64,000 bases of DNA from Minisyncoccota bacterium (GTDB lineage: Bacteria > Patescibacteriota > Minisyncoccia > Phycocordibacterales > UBA5272): assembly GCA_041651055.1 (NCBI GenBank), contig JBAZJW010000002.1, forward strand, positions 90,980 to 154,979, given 5' to 3'. Shown here piece after piece: positions 1 through 10,595 of the stretch. Numbering within the stretch: the stretch's first letter is position 1; each line of letters starts with the position of its first letter. The notes under the pieces are model-generated. The model worked only from the letters and a program-made list of their open reading frames with translations, had not been told where the DNA came from and ran no database searches. A program made the translations under genes and the position numbers.

Positions 1-17
1 CGAACAGGGGTATAAAT

Positions 18-725
18 ATGCTAAAGAAGGCAACTTTTGGTAATGAGAAAAACGCATTTTACGAGTTTTCTAACAAAGTGAATTGGGCCATTTTTTGGAG
101 AGAGCAGGGTGGTTGCCGAGACACCATTAAAAAGTGGGCAGAAAAGACAGGCATAGTTGATCCAGGTGCCTGGTACGAATGCCTACACGCATTCCTGTTT
201 GGACACTGGAACAGCTCGGAACCCATTCGTCGCCCCTCGAAAGTACCAATCAAGGTGGCCACCAAACACAAGTTCAGTGAATTTTTGAAGCAGGCTGCTG
301 AAAACCACCAAGAGTCACCTAAGCCAAATAGTTGGTACATAAATTACGGAATGACCAAGGATGCGTATGTGTCTGCCTTGGAAAGATCTTCCGACATCCC
401 TGAGGAACAGGCGGCCATCTCCTATTTAAATACTAAGTGTCTGAGTCTTGGACACCAACTTTTTGAGGAGTACCTGTTAACTTTGGTGCCTGTAGACGAG
501 GAGATGAAACAAACTGCTTCTAGGCTTCGCAAAAAGGCGGCTGTGTTAGAGAGAAAAGCTAGTATAGTACAATCATTTAAGAAGGGTGACAAAGTAAAGT
601 ATGTACTGCTGCAAAACAAGACACTCGAAGTGCAAGGCACCGTAGAGGGTGCTGTAATAGGGCGCGACACAAACAATGGCTCACTTTCCTACGTCGAAGA
701 CGTGTGGAATCTTGAAAGGGTGTAA
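18..725 (+). CDS. hypothetical protein
   Basis: 235-aa ORF with AGGGG RBS-like sequence upstream of the ATG; no recognisable motif. Confidence 0.4.
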   Translation: MLKKATFGNEKNAFYEFSNKVNWAIFWREQGGCRDTIKKWAEKTGIVDPGAWYECLHAFLFGHWNSSEPIRRPSKVPIKVATKHKFSEFLKQAAENHQESPKPNSWYINYGMTKDAYVSALERSSDIPEEQAAISYLNTKCLSLGHQLFEEYLLTLVPVDEEMKQTASRLRKKAAVLERKASIVQSFKKGDKVKYVLLQNKTLEVQGTVEGAVIGRDTNNGSLSYVEDVWNLERV

Positions 726-726
726 C

Positions 727-1401
727 ATGGACAAGCATGCTGATTTCATGGAACCTCAAATAACCGACAGAAGAGAGTGGTTAGTAATTGATGGTCCTCA
801 GGGGTCTGAGTATCTGGACTTAGACGATATTGACCCAGGCGCAGCGCACAGCCTGGTACGTGCAGTAGAATTGCATGATCCTCAAAGTCCAGAAGACAGA
901 GTAGCTCTAAGTGAAAGTTTTCCGGAGCTAAAGGATTATTTTAGAAATGATAAAGTTTGGGAGGCGGAGATAATAACTGGTTATGGTGCTAGACTGTCAG
1001 CATCAGGGTACTTAGATCGCACCGAGTGGGTTGTGTTTGATACTCCAGAAGAGGCCGAAGCTTTCCTAGAAGAAATGTACGGTGACGACGATTTTGATGA
1101 AGAGGCGTGTGAGTATAAAGCCTCAAGACACATTGCCAGCAAGTTAGATAAGGAGTTTGAAAAAGCGCAACAATTGTTGAAGGATGCCAAGGTACAGTTA
1201 AGAGAGTGTGCAAAGGTATTTACATCTCTAAGTAATGATTTAGGTGTGCGAGTAGATGCTCTGGATGCAGTCACAAGACATGATGACAATATTGAAGATG
1301 GCAGTAAGTACATTAAATTGTTGGATAAACTAGATAAACTGCATGGGGAAGTAGAAATGGCAGTGGCGTACGTTGAGGCAGCTTCAGAAGCTGCAAAATA
1401 A
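727..1401 (+). CDS. acidic hypothetical protein
   Basis: ORF; internal ATG at 727 directly follows the TAA of the upstream gene (MDKHADF...); strongly acidic. Confidence 0.4.
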   Translation: MDKHADFMEPQITDRREWLVIDGPQGSEYLDLDDIDPGAAHSLVRAVELHDPQSPEDRVALSESFPELKDYFRNDKVWEAEIITGYGARLSASGYLDRTEWVVFDTPEEAEAFLEEMYGDDDFDEEACEYKASRHIASKLDKEFEKAQQLLKDAKVQLRECAKVFTSLSNDLGVRVDALDAVTRHDDNIEDGSKYIKLLDKLDKLHGEVEMAVAYVEAASEAAK

Positions 1402-1410
1402 GGTTGTGTA

Positions 1411-2271
1411 TTGAACGATCTGACTGAATTAGCTATTTTTCGTACAGGACAAACCGGTGTAATAACCTGGTTTGTTAAGAACCATACTACCGGTGACTTG
1501 ATAGATCTAGGATCTGGTAGTCGGTTTAGTATGATTGACATAGATAGCAATGTGGAAGTGTTGTCCGAGAATCTAGGTCCCTTGGGTGGTGCTCTTGTAA
1601 CTAGAGCTGCAGAAGGTACCTATCAGTTCTCCGTTGATACTTCTGTTTACCCTGGCAGCTACATAGCTGGTATTTACTGTGTAGTGCCTGGTGAAACTTT
1701 CAATGTAAACACTTTCTTCAAGTCCGTGTCTGCTAAACAGTTTGCTTATGCTGCACAACTGAGGATGACCGTAGATAAAGCAAACAAATCGATGGTGGAT
1801 TATATAGCTAATATGGATCGTCCTGCTGGTCCGCCCATTTTGTTGAAGTACGGGTATTCAGACGAGGCGTTAATATATTACATGGAGCGCGGTACGCAGC
1901 TAATCAATGCAGTCCCTCCTTACACCGCACTAATAGTAGATACATTTCCATTTAGTATCTTTGGTAACATATTGATTGATGCAGCTACCATAGCCACATT
2001 GGAAGCACAGGGTATTTTTGCTATTGACACTGACTTTGATTATGCCTTTGGTGGAAACAGTATGGTCATAGATCACTTTACTAAGCTAAGTGCTTTTGTG
2101 CAAAATTTGCTTGGACGATTTAAGGATGAAGTGTCTGCTTTCAAAAAGCAGTACCTTACCAAGGGTATGGTGTTATACCAATTCCTGCCTGGTGGCATTC
2201 GTGACTTGCGGTACTTGTCTGCTATGCCAGATGGATTCTGGTCAAGACTGTTCAGTGTATCATTCGGGTGA
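1411..2271 (+). CDS. hypothetical protein (TTG start)
   Basis: 286-aa ORF; AAGG upstream of TTG. Confidence 0.35.
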   Translation: MNDLTELAIFRTGQTGVITWFVKNHTTGDLIDLGSGSRFSMIDIDSNVEVLSENLGPLGGALVTRAAEGTYQFSVDTSVYPGSYIAGIYCVVPGETFNVNTFFKSVSAKQFAYAAQLRMTVDKANKSMVDYIANMDRPAGPPILLKYGYSDEALIYYMERGTQLINAVPPYTALIVDTFPFSIFGNILIDAATIATLEAQGIFAIDTDFDYAFGGNSMVIDHFTKLSAFVQNLLGRFKDEVSAFKKQYLTKGMVLYQFLPGGIRDLRYLSAMPDGFWSRLFSVSFG

Positions 2272-2516
2272 TAAATATGGTTGAGAAGAAGACCAACAAG
2301 ACCTTTGTGACCAATGACTTTTCTATGTCAGCATATTTATTTATGCGAGGAAAACACTTGGTAAAGGCTTCGAAAGATGGGGCCACATTCAGATTTGAAT
2401 TTGTAGATGATGGAGAAATAGAATCACTGACCATGGAATACATACATTCGGAGAGTTCCAAGTTTGATGATGCAGTGCGAAAAATCAAAAAGATCATCTA
2501 TGGTACGAAAGGATAA
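2268..2516 (+). CDS. small hypothetical protein
   Basis: 82-aa ORF whose start overlaps the upstream stop. Confidence 0.35.
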   Translation: MINMVEKKTNKTFVTNDFSMSAYLFMRGKHLVKASKDGATFRFEFVDDGEIESLTMEYIHSESSKFDDAVRKIKKIIYGTKG

Positions 2517-2521
2517 ATAAT

Positions 2522-2947
2522 ATGGCTCACAACTCGTGGGGTAATTTTCAAGTAGCTACCGTCACGGTTGAACCGGGTGGTTATGTAGATGTGTTTCCTA
2601 TACGGTCCAACACTGTTTACAAAAACGTGTCTGTTGGTGTGATACCACTAGATGATCATATCACTTACAAGCACGCTGTTGGCATTTATATGTATGAAGA
2701 GTTAGAAGAGTCACATATATATAATGACGACAGCAAACACATTTCATTTATGACATTGCCAGATAAGATCTTTCCTCCAAATGTAGGATTAAAAACAAAC
2801 CCAGAAATGGTCCGGGCTGCTTTATATGAACCTGCCTTGAACGTAATAAAGATTCGTATAGCAAATGCTGAGGCTGAGACGAGGCATTTCCAGGTGTATG
2901 GTACATTTGAATGCCTTGATACTGTCATGAAAGCTGTAGGTAAGTAA
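2522..2947 (+). CDS. hypothetical protein
   Basis: 141-aa ORF, tightly packed. Confidence 0.4.
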   Translation: MAHNSWGNFQVATVTVEPGGYVDVFPIRSNTVYKNVSVGVIPLDDHITYKHAVGIYMYEELEESHIYNDDSKHISFMTLPDKIFPPNVGLKTNPEMVRAALYEPALNVIKIRIANAEAETRHFQVYGTFECLDTVMKAVGK

Positions 2948-2948
2948 C

Positions 2949-3281
2949 ATGATAAATCACTATAAGTGGGGCCTGCAAGACGGACAAGCAGATCCAGACA
3001 GCGGAAGTGGTGTGCCTGCTGGTTCTGATTATGGTGCTCCAGAGGTGTTTACTGGTGCTTTAGCAGGAGATGTCACACTTACGTTTACGCGAGCCACCAA
3101 GTCTGTGACTATACACAATACGCATGATTCAGAGCACTTGGAGGCGTCTTTGGATGGTGGGTTAACTTGGATTGACTTTGGGCCGTATGGTGAGCGTACC
3201 TATGATGTTAGCATACAGCAACTTATGTTAAGACTGGTAGCTGGCAATAGTTCCTATGCTGTGGTTGGGGTGTTGTCATGA
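2949..3281 (+). CDS. hypothetical protein
   Basis: 110-aa ORF. Confidence 0.35.
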   Translation: MINHYKWGLQDGQADPDSGSGVPAGSDYGAPEVFTGALAGDVTLTFTRATKSVTIHNTHDSEHLEASLDGGLTWIDFGPYGERTYDVSIQQLMLRLVAGNSSYAVVGVLS

Positions 3282-3793
3282 AGAAGATAGCTTTTCTATT
3301 TTTGCTGGTTTTTGCTGTTGCTGCCCAAGCACAAGTAAATCAACAGGTAGATTGCCGCCTTAGAGATGCCACAAACCCAACTACTCGTGCTGCTGTGGGT
3401 GCTGCCACCGGGTCTACATTCGCAGTCTCTATCATAGGACTAACAGTAAAATCTGCTAATTATTTTTACAATGGGAGTGCCTGGGCTCCCATGATCCCTC
3501 CTTGGGGTACAGGATCCCTTTCTTCTGCAACAAATTGTGTTGCCATGGACACGGTTGGCACAGAGATTACAATTGTTCCTGGGTGGCACAAAATAAAAGC
3601 CATAAGCAACAGTGCTTGTTTGTTGTCGGGTGCAGTTGGTGTGTTAGCCTCCTTGACATGCGGAGCAGGTACGATGGGGTATCAATTAAGCGAAGGGGAA
3701 CGCTTAGAAATTTACATACCAGACGTGCGTTTGGCAGTAAAAGCACCAACTAGCGTAACCGGTGATCTCTTGTGCGTAATTCGCATATACTAA
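3278..3793 (+). CDS. secreted/signal-peptide protein
   Basis: N-terminus MKKIAFLFLLVFAVAAQAQ is a typical Sec signal peptide. Confidence 0.4.
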   Translation: MKKIAFLFLLVFAVAAQAQVNQQVDCRLRDATNPTTRAAVGAATGSTFAVSIIGLTVKSANYFYNGSAWAPMIPPWGTGSLSSATNCVAMDTVGTEITIVPGWHKIKAISNSACLLSGAVGVLASLTCGAGTMGYQLSEGERLEIYIPDVRLAVKAPTSVTGDLLCVIRIY

Positions 3794-5889
3794 TAGCGGT
3801 CGCATATATTTTTTCTGTAAGCACATCTTTATCAGAAGATGCGGGGGAATTGTATCCGAAGTGGAGCGCCTCGTTTTCAGGATCTGATTACATAGATCCG
3901 TGTGTGGTGCGCGCCGGGGTTAAGGTATGCCCGACGTTGGACATGAACTTCGACCAGGCAGTTGCCGCGCAGGTAACCCCTGACGTGGGGCCAGCAGGGT
4001 TTGTACTGGATGTGGGGGGAACTCCTGTACGTGTGCCTGATGGAACTTACCCCGATGGATTTGATGGTTCTAGTGGTAATGCTTGGGATATGCAAGGCGG
4101 GTATCTATACAGAGCGCACGCCAGCGGTGGAAGTGCGTTCAATCCTAACACAGCATTCTCCGCTTGCGTCGTGGTTACTCCGAACACCGCCATCACAACC
4201 AACAGCAGCCTACTTGGAAAGTATGACAGCACGTTCGCCAACCGCTCCTGGATGCTGTACGCCACCGCCGCAGACGGAGGATCGGCCGCAGCACTGTTTT
4301 CTGACAACGGCACCACCGATGCTGGGCACGTAACTGTACTGACTCGCACACTCGGGTTCCGCCCGCACATGACCAGCGTGGTTTGCATCACCTGGAGGAA
4401 CGCCGGGGACGGTACCTCCCCGGCCGCGCTGTACGTCAACCGACTAGCCGTGGCTGGTACCGCCGCCGCACAGGCCCCCATCTACGCTTCCACGGCTCCG
4501 TTCTCTATTGGCTGCCAGAACGTAGGCACGTACCCCTTCCCAGGACAGATCCACAGAGTCACCTTCTGGCAGGATGTGGAGTTGACTGCTGCTGAAGTGC
4601 AGCACTACCAGGCAGGTTATTTTGGGTACTTGGACAACAACGGGGTGACCTCACCAACATTTTACACAGGACTTAGTACAGATATTCCTCCATCTATCCC
4701 TTTTGCTAAAGCAGACACTGTAATTGAACCATTTATAGGAATGGCTGGTCAGGGGTTTTCTCGTGTAGGAGAATTAGTAGAAGGGGTTGGTGGCATTGCT
4801 TGGAATGAACCAACTATAAATCTGTTACCAAACCCGTCTGCAGAATATGTAGATGAGGATCCGGAGGGGCCTGGAGGAACGTACCGTCCATTAGGTTGGG
4901 AGTTTCTCTGTAGTGACTGCGATCCTTGGCTGCAAGTATCTGACGATCATTCCGCACACGGTAGCAATGCTATGGTTATTGGTCGTGCAGACGAATTCAC
5001 TACTGGAGAGGCTTATTCAACGTGTGTCGTTGGCTCTGGTCCTAAAAATTATTATCTGGATTTTAGATCTATGACCTCGGCGCACACCACTCCTGGGGGA
5101 ACGGGGTTTTTTTCTGTATACGCAGTTAGTTGGAGCGGGGCTGCTTGCGATGGTTCAAGACTAAGCGAGCCGCTGCTTTTAACAGTAGAAGATGTGGAGG
5201 GTGCTGGTTGGGTGTGGCATCAGGATGCTTTTACAAGTCACGCAGACGCCGAAAGTATAAATCTGTGGTTTGTTTGGACTGATGGAGAGCCAGCATCCAC
5301 AATGTGGATAGATGCTGTTCAAGTTAGAGAATCAACATACCCTGTTTACGGGTTTTGCGGGCACAGTGCAACCGCTATAGCGACCTCCGTTTGCGCACAA
5401 ATCGCTCCGAGTATTGAGCCAAATCCCTTGAATATCTCTAATACAGGAATAAGCTTAAAAGTGATCCAGCCCTACAGCATCAGCGAGATTACTGGCGTAG
5501 GTTGGTATGTAATATACTCTAGAGCAACCTCCGGAGCAAACAATTTACCTAATATCCAACTTGATACTGGTGGGGGGTACATCCGTAGTACTGTTCATTC
5601 TGGAACTGCTGGGGCGACAGACTCCTGCCGAAACTTTGGTGATCCCTGGGCTAAGGATGTGCAGCACGAGATTCATTTTAGTTACACTAACAACGTTGGC
5701 GGAGATGGTTATATCTGGCATGAAGTAGACGGCACGGACTACAATAACTTTATCTGCTTTGGGGTAGGTCCTGGGCGAGGGCTGGTAAACGGGATCGGTA
5801 CAAGCCTCTGTATCGGCCACCCCTATAGTTATGCAAAAGGCTCTGGTTACGTACAAGATTTTTATGTGTACTTGAGATCTCTTCCCTGA
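3772..5889 (+). CDS. large structural/host-interaction protein with ConA-like (LamG-like) region
   Basis: 705-aa ORF; central segment resembles concanavalin-A-like lectin/LamG folds; start uncertain (GTG). Confidence 0.35.
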   Translation: MRNSHILIAVAYIFSVSTSLSEDAGELYPKWSASFSGSDYIDPCVVRAGVKVCPTLDMNFDQAVAAQVTPDVGPAGFVLDVGGTPVRVPDGTYPDGFDGSSGNAWDMQGGYLYRAHASGGSAFNPNTAFSACVVVTPNTAITTNSSLLGKYDSTFANRSWMLYATAADGGSAAALFSDNGTTDAGHVTVLTRTLGFRPHMTSVVCITWRNAGDGTSPAALYVNRLAVAGTAAAQAPIYASTAPFSIGCQNVGTYPFPGQIHRVTFWQDVELTAAEVQHYQAGYFGYLDNNGVTSPTFYTGLSTDIPPSIPFAKADTVIEPFIGMAGQGFSRVGELVEGVGGIAWNEPTINLLPNPSAEYVDEDPEGPGGTYRPLGWEFLCSDCDPWLQVSDDHSAHGSNAMVIGRADEFTTGEAYSTCVVGSGPKNYYLDFRSMTSAHTTPGGTGFFSVYAVSWSGAACDGSRLSEPLLLTVEDVEGAGWVWHQDAFTSHADAESINLWFVWTDGEPASTMWIDAVQVRESTYPVYGFCGHSATAIATSVCAQIAPSIEPNPLNISNTGISLKVIQPYSISEITGVGWYVIYSRATSGANNLPNIQLDTGGGYIRSTVHSGTAGATDSCRNFGDPWAKDVQHEIHFSYTNNVGGDGYIWHEVDGTDYNNFICFGVGPGRGLVNGIGTSLCIGHPYSYAKGSGYVQDFYVYLRSLP

Positions 5890-5902
5890 TAGGAGACAGA
5901 AG

Positions 5903-6289
5903 ATGCATACAATGCTGTTTCTGATTTGGCTTCTTGCCCAAGTAAACCCGTTTCCTGTATATGAAAGTACTACTACAGTAGCTGTTGCAGGTACTGCTAC
6001 TACAGCCTGCGTGGCTCAGAAGGTTTTGATTTATCAAAATATGACGTTTACGGTTAGGAACACAGGCGCTAATGTCCTTACCGCATGTACGGTAGAGCAA
6101 TCTGCTGATGGTATAACCTATAGTACTGTATCAGATTCGTGGACAGACTGTAGCGAACTTGCAGCGGGCGCACAAACAACGTGGTCGATAAGTGGACATA
6201 GCTTCAAGTACATTCGAGTGCGTGTCACTGCTGCTGCGGCACCCAATAATACAACCGTGTCTTGTATCATCACGGGTAATGCGGGGTAA
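5903..6289 (+). CDS. hypothetical protein
   Basis: 128-aa ORF, Thr/Ala-rich beta-type composition. Confidence 0.35.
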   Translation: MHTMLFLIWLLAQVNPFPVYESTTTVAVAGTATTACVAQKVLIYQNMTFTVRNTGANVLTACTVEQSADGITYSTVSDSWTDCSELAAGAQTTWSISGHSFKYIRVRVTAAAAPNNTTVSCIITGNAG

Positions 6290-6292
6290 ACC

Positions 6293-7972
6293 ATGCATCG
6301 TTTGCTTATTGCACTATTGCTTCCTATACTGTTGGGTGCATCCCCTCCGTCCGTTCTAGAGGGAGATACTCAAACATTTTTAGGTCCAATAAAAGTAGTG
6401 GGTGAAATTTATCGGTGGTTGGATAGCGTGTTGGGCACGGCTACTTTGGCGACGGTAGCTCCGATAACCTTATACGTAGAGACTACGGGGAACGATTCGA
6501 ATGACTGCCTCTCCGTTAGTACAGCGTGTTTAACTATACAAGAGGCCATCAATAGAATCCCTAAAAATATAGGCCACACAGTATCAATAACGGTTGGATC
6601 TGGTAATTTTGCTGGTTTTGTTGTCAGTGGTTTTATTGTAACAGACCAAAATCAATTTTCTGTTCAGGGCACACTTGGTGCCTATTCTCCTGCAACAGGG
6701 TTGCAAACAGGTGTTGCTGATGGTGCGGGGGGTAGCACCGAAAAACTAGTAGACAGTGATGGTGGATGGACCGTTAACAATCTAAAGGGGTCTCTTTTAA
6801 AGATAGGAACCGAATACAGATTTATTAGGGACAATACAGCTACAGAAATAGAGGTAGTTGGTGCATTCTCTGCTACTTGTAACGGAAAAACTTATGAAAT
6901 TGTTGAGTCTAAAACGGTGATTACTTCCAATGCATCAGTGGGTAGCGCTAGAGTCTATATTACCGCCAATGTAGCACGATCGGGTGGCATTCGAATTCTC
7001 AATTTGAAATCTTCTGGAGGGACATATGGGTTCTTTGCAGATGGGACATCTGGGACGCGTTTTCAATATCTACACGCATATGGTTTCAGTGGTGTTGGAT
7101 TTATAAATCAATTCGTAGATTATGCTACTATATTTGATATAGCCGCTTCCGCTGGTACGGGTACCTCCTACGGCATTTTTATTTCGCACTCACATATGAG
7201 TAGTGTCGGTAGGATGTTTTCATTTTCTAGTACTGGGGCCTACGGTATTAGGGCATACTCCACAAGTATAAATTCGCCGTCTTATTGGGTAGTATATGAT
7301 TTAACTGGCACATCTGTATATGGCATAGCCTTGGAAGCAATGATGAATATGGAATTAACTGGCACCAATAGGATTAAAAATATTACTGGGTCTACAAGTG
7401 TATATGGGGCCGGTTTTTATTCTGGGGCCTATTATAAGATAAGTGGAACGCTACTGATAGATACGATTACTAAAACTGGAGCTGTCGATTTAACTACTGG
7501 CATTGGCTTATATCAAGGACAACCATGTGACGTAAACCTTCACAATATTACAGTAACAAACTGTACTAGTCATGGAATTTCTGCTACAAGATCTACTAGT
7601 ATTATGCTCGTTACTGCTAGCCTTACAAATAACGATGGGTATGGTTTGCATGCCATACAAAATTCTAATATAATTTTTCGTAATGGAACGCAAACTGTTT
7701 CTGGCAATGCCTTAGGAGGAGTATATGCAGGCACTTCGGCCAAGGTTCTTTTAGACAACACAGATGGGTCAAATACTGGATATGGTATAACCGTTGAACA
7801 GGGTGCAAGAGTCACGATTGATAGCGGAACAGGGATTACGGGAACCACAAATAATATTTTGTTAGACGATGTGGAGAAAACCTATGCTGGTGATTTTGCA
7901 GTAAACAAAGACACAGAAATTGGTGTGTATGGCTCTGTTGTACAGCGTTATGATGGGCTCGACTTTATGTAG
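6293..7972 (+). CDS. right-handed parallel beta-helix protein (tailspike/depolymerase-like) with N-terminal signal-like peptide
   Basis: N-terminus MHRLLIALLLPILLGA; repeated N-I-T-V/T-N-C, G-I-S-A, N-S-N-I-I turns typical of the pectate-lyase fold. Confidence 0.5.
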   Translation: MHRLLIALLLPILLGASPPSVLEGDTQTFLGPIKVVGEIYRWLDSVLGTATLATVAPITLYVETTGNDSNDCLSVSTACLTIQEAINRIPKNIGHTVSITVGSGNFAGFVVSGFIVTDQNQFSVQGTLGAYSPATGLQTGVADGAGGSTEKLVDSDGGWTVNNLKGSLLKIGTEYRFIRDNTATEIEVVGAFSATCNGKTYEIVESKTVITSNASVGSARVYITANVARSGGIRILNLKSSGGTYGFFADGTSGTRFQYLHAYGFSGVGFINQFVDYATIFDIAASAGTGTSYGIFISHSHMSSVGRMFSFSSTGAYGIRAYSTSINSPSYWVVYDLTGTSVYGIALEAMMNMELTGTNRIKNITGSTSVYGAGFYSGAYYKISGTLLIDTITKTGAVDLTTGIGLYQGQPCDVNLHNITVTNCTSHGISATRSTSIMLVTASLTNNDGYGLHAIQNSNIIFRNGTQTVSGNALGGVYAGTSAKVLLDNTDGSNTGYGITVEQGARVTIDSGTGITGTTNNILLDDVEKTYAGDFAVNKDTEIGVYGSVVQRYDGLDFM

Positions 7973-8057
7973 TAATTTTCTAAGTGGTAAATTTCTCGCC
8001 GTCCCTTAAATCTTCTCTGTTACCACGCAGTATAATAATCAGCAAATAGGAGGTCCC

Positions 8058-8189
8058 ATGAACAAGCAGACTACCAAGATCCTAAACTCCGTGAAAGAGT
8101 TCATTTACAAGTACAAGATTCCTGTAATTCTTGTTGCTTTACTGGTGGTTGCATCTACCGCAATCACCTGTGCGACCTGCGGTGCTTAG
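8058..8189 (+). CDS. small hydrophobic peptide (43 aa)
   Basis: AGGAGGTCCC-ATG RBS; single TM segment; below the ORF-track size cutoff. Confidence 0.3.
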   Translation: MNKQTTKILNSVKEFIYKYKIPVILVALLVVASTAITCATCGA

Positions 8190-8194
8190 CCGCC

Positions 8195-8395
8195 GTGTAC
8201 GATTTTACACCTATGTGGACACCTAAAATTAGGCGCATAGCCGAGTGTATGCACCAACAGCGCGAGTGGTGGGTGAATCGAAGGTCTTCTAAGGAAACTG
8301 TGCCGTTCGAGGCACTACCAGAATGTGATAAATTGGCCTACAAAATGGTAGCGGAACGCATATTGAAGATCACAGAAGATGAAAAAGACTATTGA
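8195..8395 (+). CDS. small hypothetical protein
   Basis: 66-aa ORF. Confidence 0.3.
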   Translation: MYDFTPMWTPKIRRIAECMHQQREWWVNRRSSKETVPFEALPECDKLAYKMVAERILKITEDEKDY

Positions 8396-8518
8396 AAAGC
8401 TTTTTATTGGTGGTATGAAAGTGTTGGGCACATGCGCGTACGTGTTCTGTTGCTTGTGCGCCTATGTGGATCATAAGATTAAAGAAGGCGATAGGTTAGA
8501 GAAGCTAGGTATGCGAAA

Positions 8519-8764
8519 ATGACACGTCCCGATATAGATAAGCTAGTGCGTGATGTTTATCTGGACCCGAGCGTGCCTTCTCATGCTCTACGTGCAATAG
8601 ACACCTTCGTAAGATACATTCAGCACTTAGAACATGAACTAGATTTTACGGAACCTTATGACGCCCCTGCTAAGATAGCGAAGTTGAAGCTGGAGAAGCA
8701 GTTCGATCCCAGGAACGTGCCGGAGTTTCTAGATATCGTGAGGAAACAACATGACAAAGATTAG
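8519..8764 (+). CDS. hypothetical protein
   Basis: 81-aa ORF. Confidence 0.35.
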   Translation: MTRPDIDKLVRDVYLDPSVPSHALRAIDTFVRYIQHLEHELDFTEPYDAPAKIAKLKLEKQFDPRNVPEFLDIVRKQHDKD

Positions 8765-9212
8765 AGTATATGCAAACCAAGAAGATCTTCAACTCGTTTT
8801 TGGAGACGAACTATTTGGAATGGATATTCTTAATAACGATCCGTGGGCACTGGCGCAATTGTCCGACATCAACATCCTTTCTAATAAAGAACTTCTTGCT
8901 AGCTTTGTTGATGTGAATTTTGAAGGAGAAGGTGGCGTAGTTGTAGCGGCCATTTTCGATGCTTATGACGGCGAATCGTACGACTTTGATACAGTAGTGC
9001 ATCCTAAGTACCAGGGGCGTGGTTTAGGAACACAGCTAATTGAAATAGCTATGGATCGGTTCAAGAGTGAAATATTAGAGATGAATCCTGATGCGAAGTT
9101 ACATTTAGACGTAGTAAACCCGGGCATGGTTGATTTTCTAAAAACGAAGTATGGCCTAGAGGTAAAGGAAGAGGTTGGAAGTCACATAATTATGGGTGCT
9201 ATTCTTGAGTAA
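8751..9212 (+). CDS. GNAT family N-acetyltransferase
   Basis: HPKYQGRGLGTQLIE matches GNAT motif A (Q/RxxGxG/A acetyl-CoA pocket). Confidence 0.55.
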   Translation: MTKIRVYANQEDLQLVFGDELFGMDILNNDPWALAQLSDINILSNKELLASFVDVNFEGEGGVVVAAIFDAYDGESYDFDTVVHPKYQGRGLGTQLIEIAMDRFKSEILEMNPDAKLHLDVVNPGMVDFLKTKYGLEVKEEVGSHIIMGAILE

Positions 9213-9349
9213 CCTTTGCAAATTTTGTCATAAGCCGTTTACGAAAACTAGTTCTAGACAAGTATATTGTAAACGACCGGAATGCATAGCTAGAAAACGC
9301 GCACGGATGCGGTACGTAAAAAACGTGTTAGGAGTCTCGTGGGCAAGAT

Positions 9350-9787
9350 ATGAGAAAAGATAAAATAATACTGTTTCTAGACATAGATGGGGTTCTAATT
9401 TGCAAGGGTGAGGAACAGCCGCGTTTAGAGGCTGTTTCTTCTATAAACAAATTAATAAAAATTTTTGATGCATATATAGTTATAACGTCTGCTAGAAGAA
9501 TTGGAAAATCAACTGAAGAACTTCAAGAAAAAATAGAGAAATACGGTATTTTGGGTATTGTTGTAGGAAAAACAAAAGATGCACCTATTATAAATAGAAG
9601 AGGAAATGATATTTATTCTTACATAAAAGAAAATGGAGTACAAAAGTATGTTGTTGTGGATGACGTAGATCCAATTCAACTGATCCCTCCCTTAGATAAA
9701 AGTTGTGTTTTGCATGTCCCGTTAGGATTTAGGACCGGAATAACACGAGGTATGGTAGACAGATTCTTGGAGAATAGAATAATATGA
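9350..9787 (+). CDS. HAD-superfamily hydrolase-like protein
   Basis: N-terminal FLDIDGVL matches HAD motif I (DxDGxL/T). Confidence 0.45.
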   Translation: MRKDKIILFLDIDGVLICKGEEQPRLEAVSSINKLIKIFDAYIVITSARRIGKSTEELQEKIEKYGILGIVVGKTKDAPIINRRGNDIYSYIKENGVQKYVVVDDVDPIQLIPPLDKSCVLHVPLGFRTGITRGMVDRFLENRII

Positions 9788-10128
9788 CTTCCATTAACCA
9801 TGATCGCACAATACGTATGTTGTATGGTGAGTGTTCTGGGATTGAAGAGTTGGATTGCACTTATTGTGTGTGTACGGTATGTGGATCCTCATATATAGAG
9901 GTGTTCCCTAAGCACGCGTTAGATATCAGCAAAATGAAGAAGCTTACTATTGACCAAGCAAAAAATTTGGGTTTATATGAAGGCGCATATAAGGAGCACC
10001 TTCTGTGTGAAACGTGCCAACAAAAACGAATAAAACACGAGGATATTTTACAGATACTTAGTTTTGTGTTTTGTGTCTTGTCGGTGATTGCATTGACAGT
10101 ACTATTCTCTGTTGGAGGAATTCCTTGA
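9784..10128 (+). CDS. Cys-rich protein with C-terminal TM segment
   Basis: CxxC...CxxC pairs; hydrophobic C-terminus. Confidence 0.35.
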   Translation: MTSINHDRTIRMLYGECSGIEELDCTYCVCTVCGSSYIEVFPKHALDISKMKKLTIDQAKNLGLYEGAYKEHLLCETCQQKRIKHEDILQILSFVFCVLSVIALTVLFSVGGIP

Positions 10129-10595
10129 GTACAAAGCGAAAAGGCTGGCATGAATACTTTATGAATTTGGCTGAACTTACATCAACAAGGGGCACGTGTG
10201 ATCGAGCTAGAGTGGGCTGCGTTCTGGTTAAAGATAAATTAGTTATTGCTGGTGGATATAATGGCTCGCTTCCTGGTGCGGATCATTGTGATGATATAGG
10301 ACACTTTATGCAAGAAGGTCACTGCCGACGCACGAACCATTCGGAAGCAAATATGATAGCTTCCGCAGCCAAACGCGGCGTTTCTACTGATGGTGGAGTT
10401 CTCTACTGTACGCACACTCCATGCATTACGTGCCTAAAATTGCTTGTGGCAGCAGGGGTTCATACTGTATATTATCTTAATGAATATAGGATAGAAGATG
10501 TGCCAGATTTTGTTAAGGAGAAAGTAAGGTTGGTAAAATTCAACAAGAACCTAGACACTCTTAATGAAGTAATTGTTAGAAAGGATTATTTGTGA
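10125..10595 (+). CDS. dCMP deaminase (CMP/dCMP deaminase zinc-binding)
   Basis: W-HEYFM-LA-L-S-R-TC-RARVGCVLV..GYNG; HSEANMI and CTHTPCITC zinc ligands (H-x-E ... PC-x2-C). Start set at TTG 10125 after GGAGG, because the conserved N-terminus precedes the first ATG. Confidence 0.8.
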   Translation: MSTKRKGWHEYFMNLAELTSTRGTCDRARVGCVLVKDKLVIAGGYNGSLPGADHCDDIGHFMQEGHCRRTNHSEANMIASAAKRGVSTDGGVLYCTHTPCITCLKLLVAAGVHTVYYLNEYRIEDVPDFVKEKVRLVKFNKNLDTLNEVIVRKDYL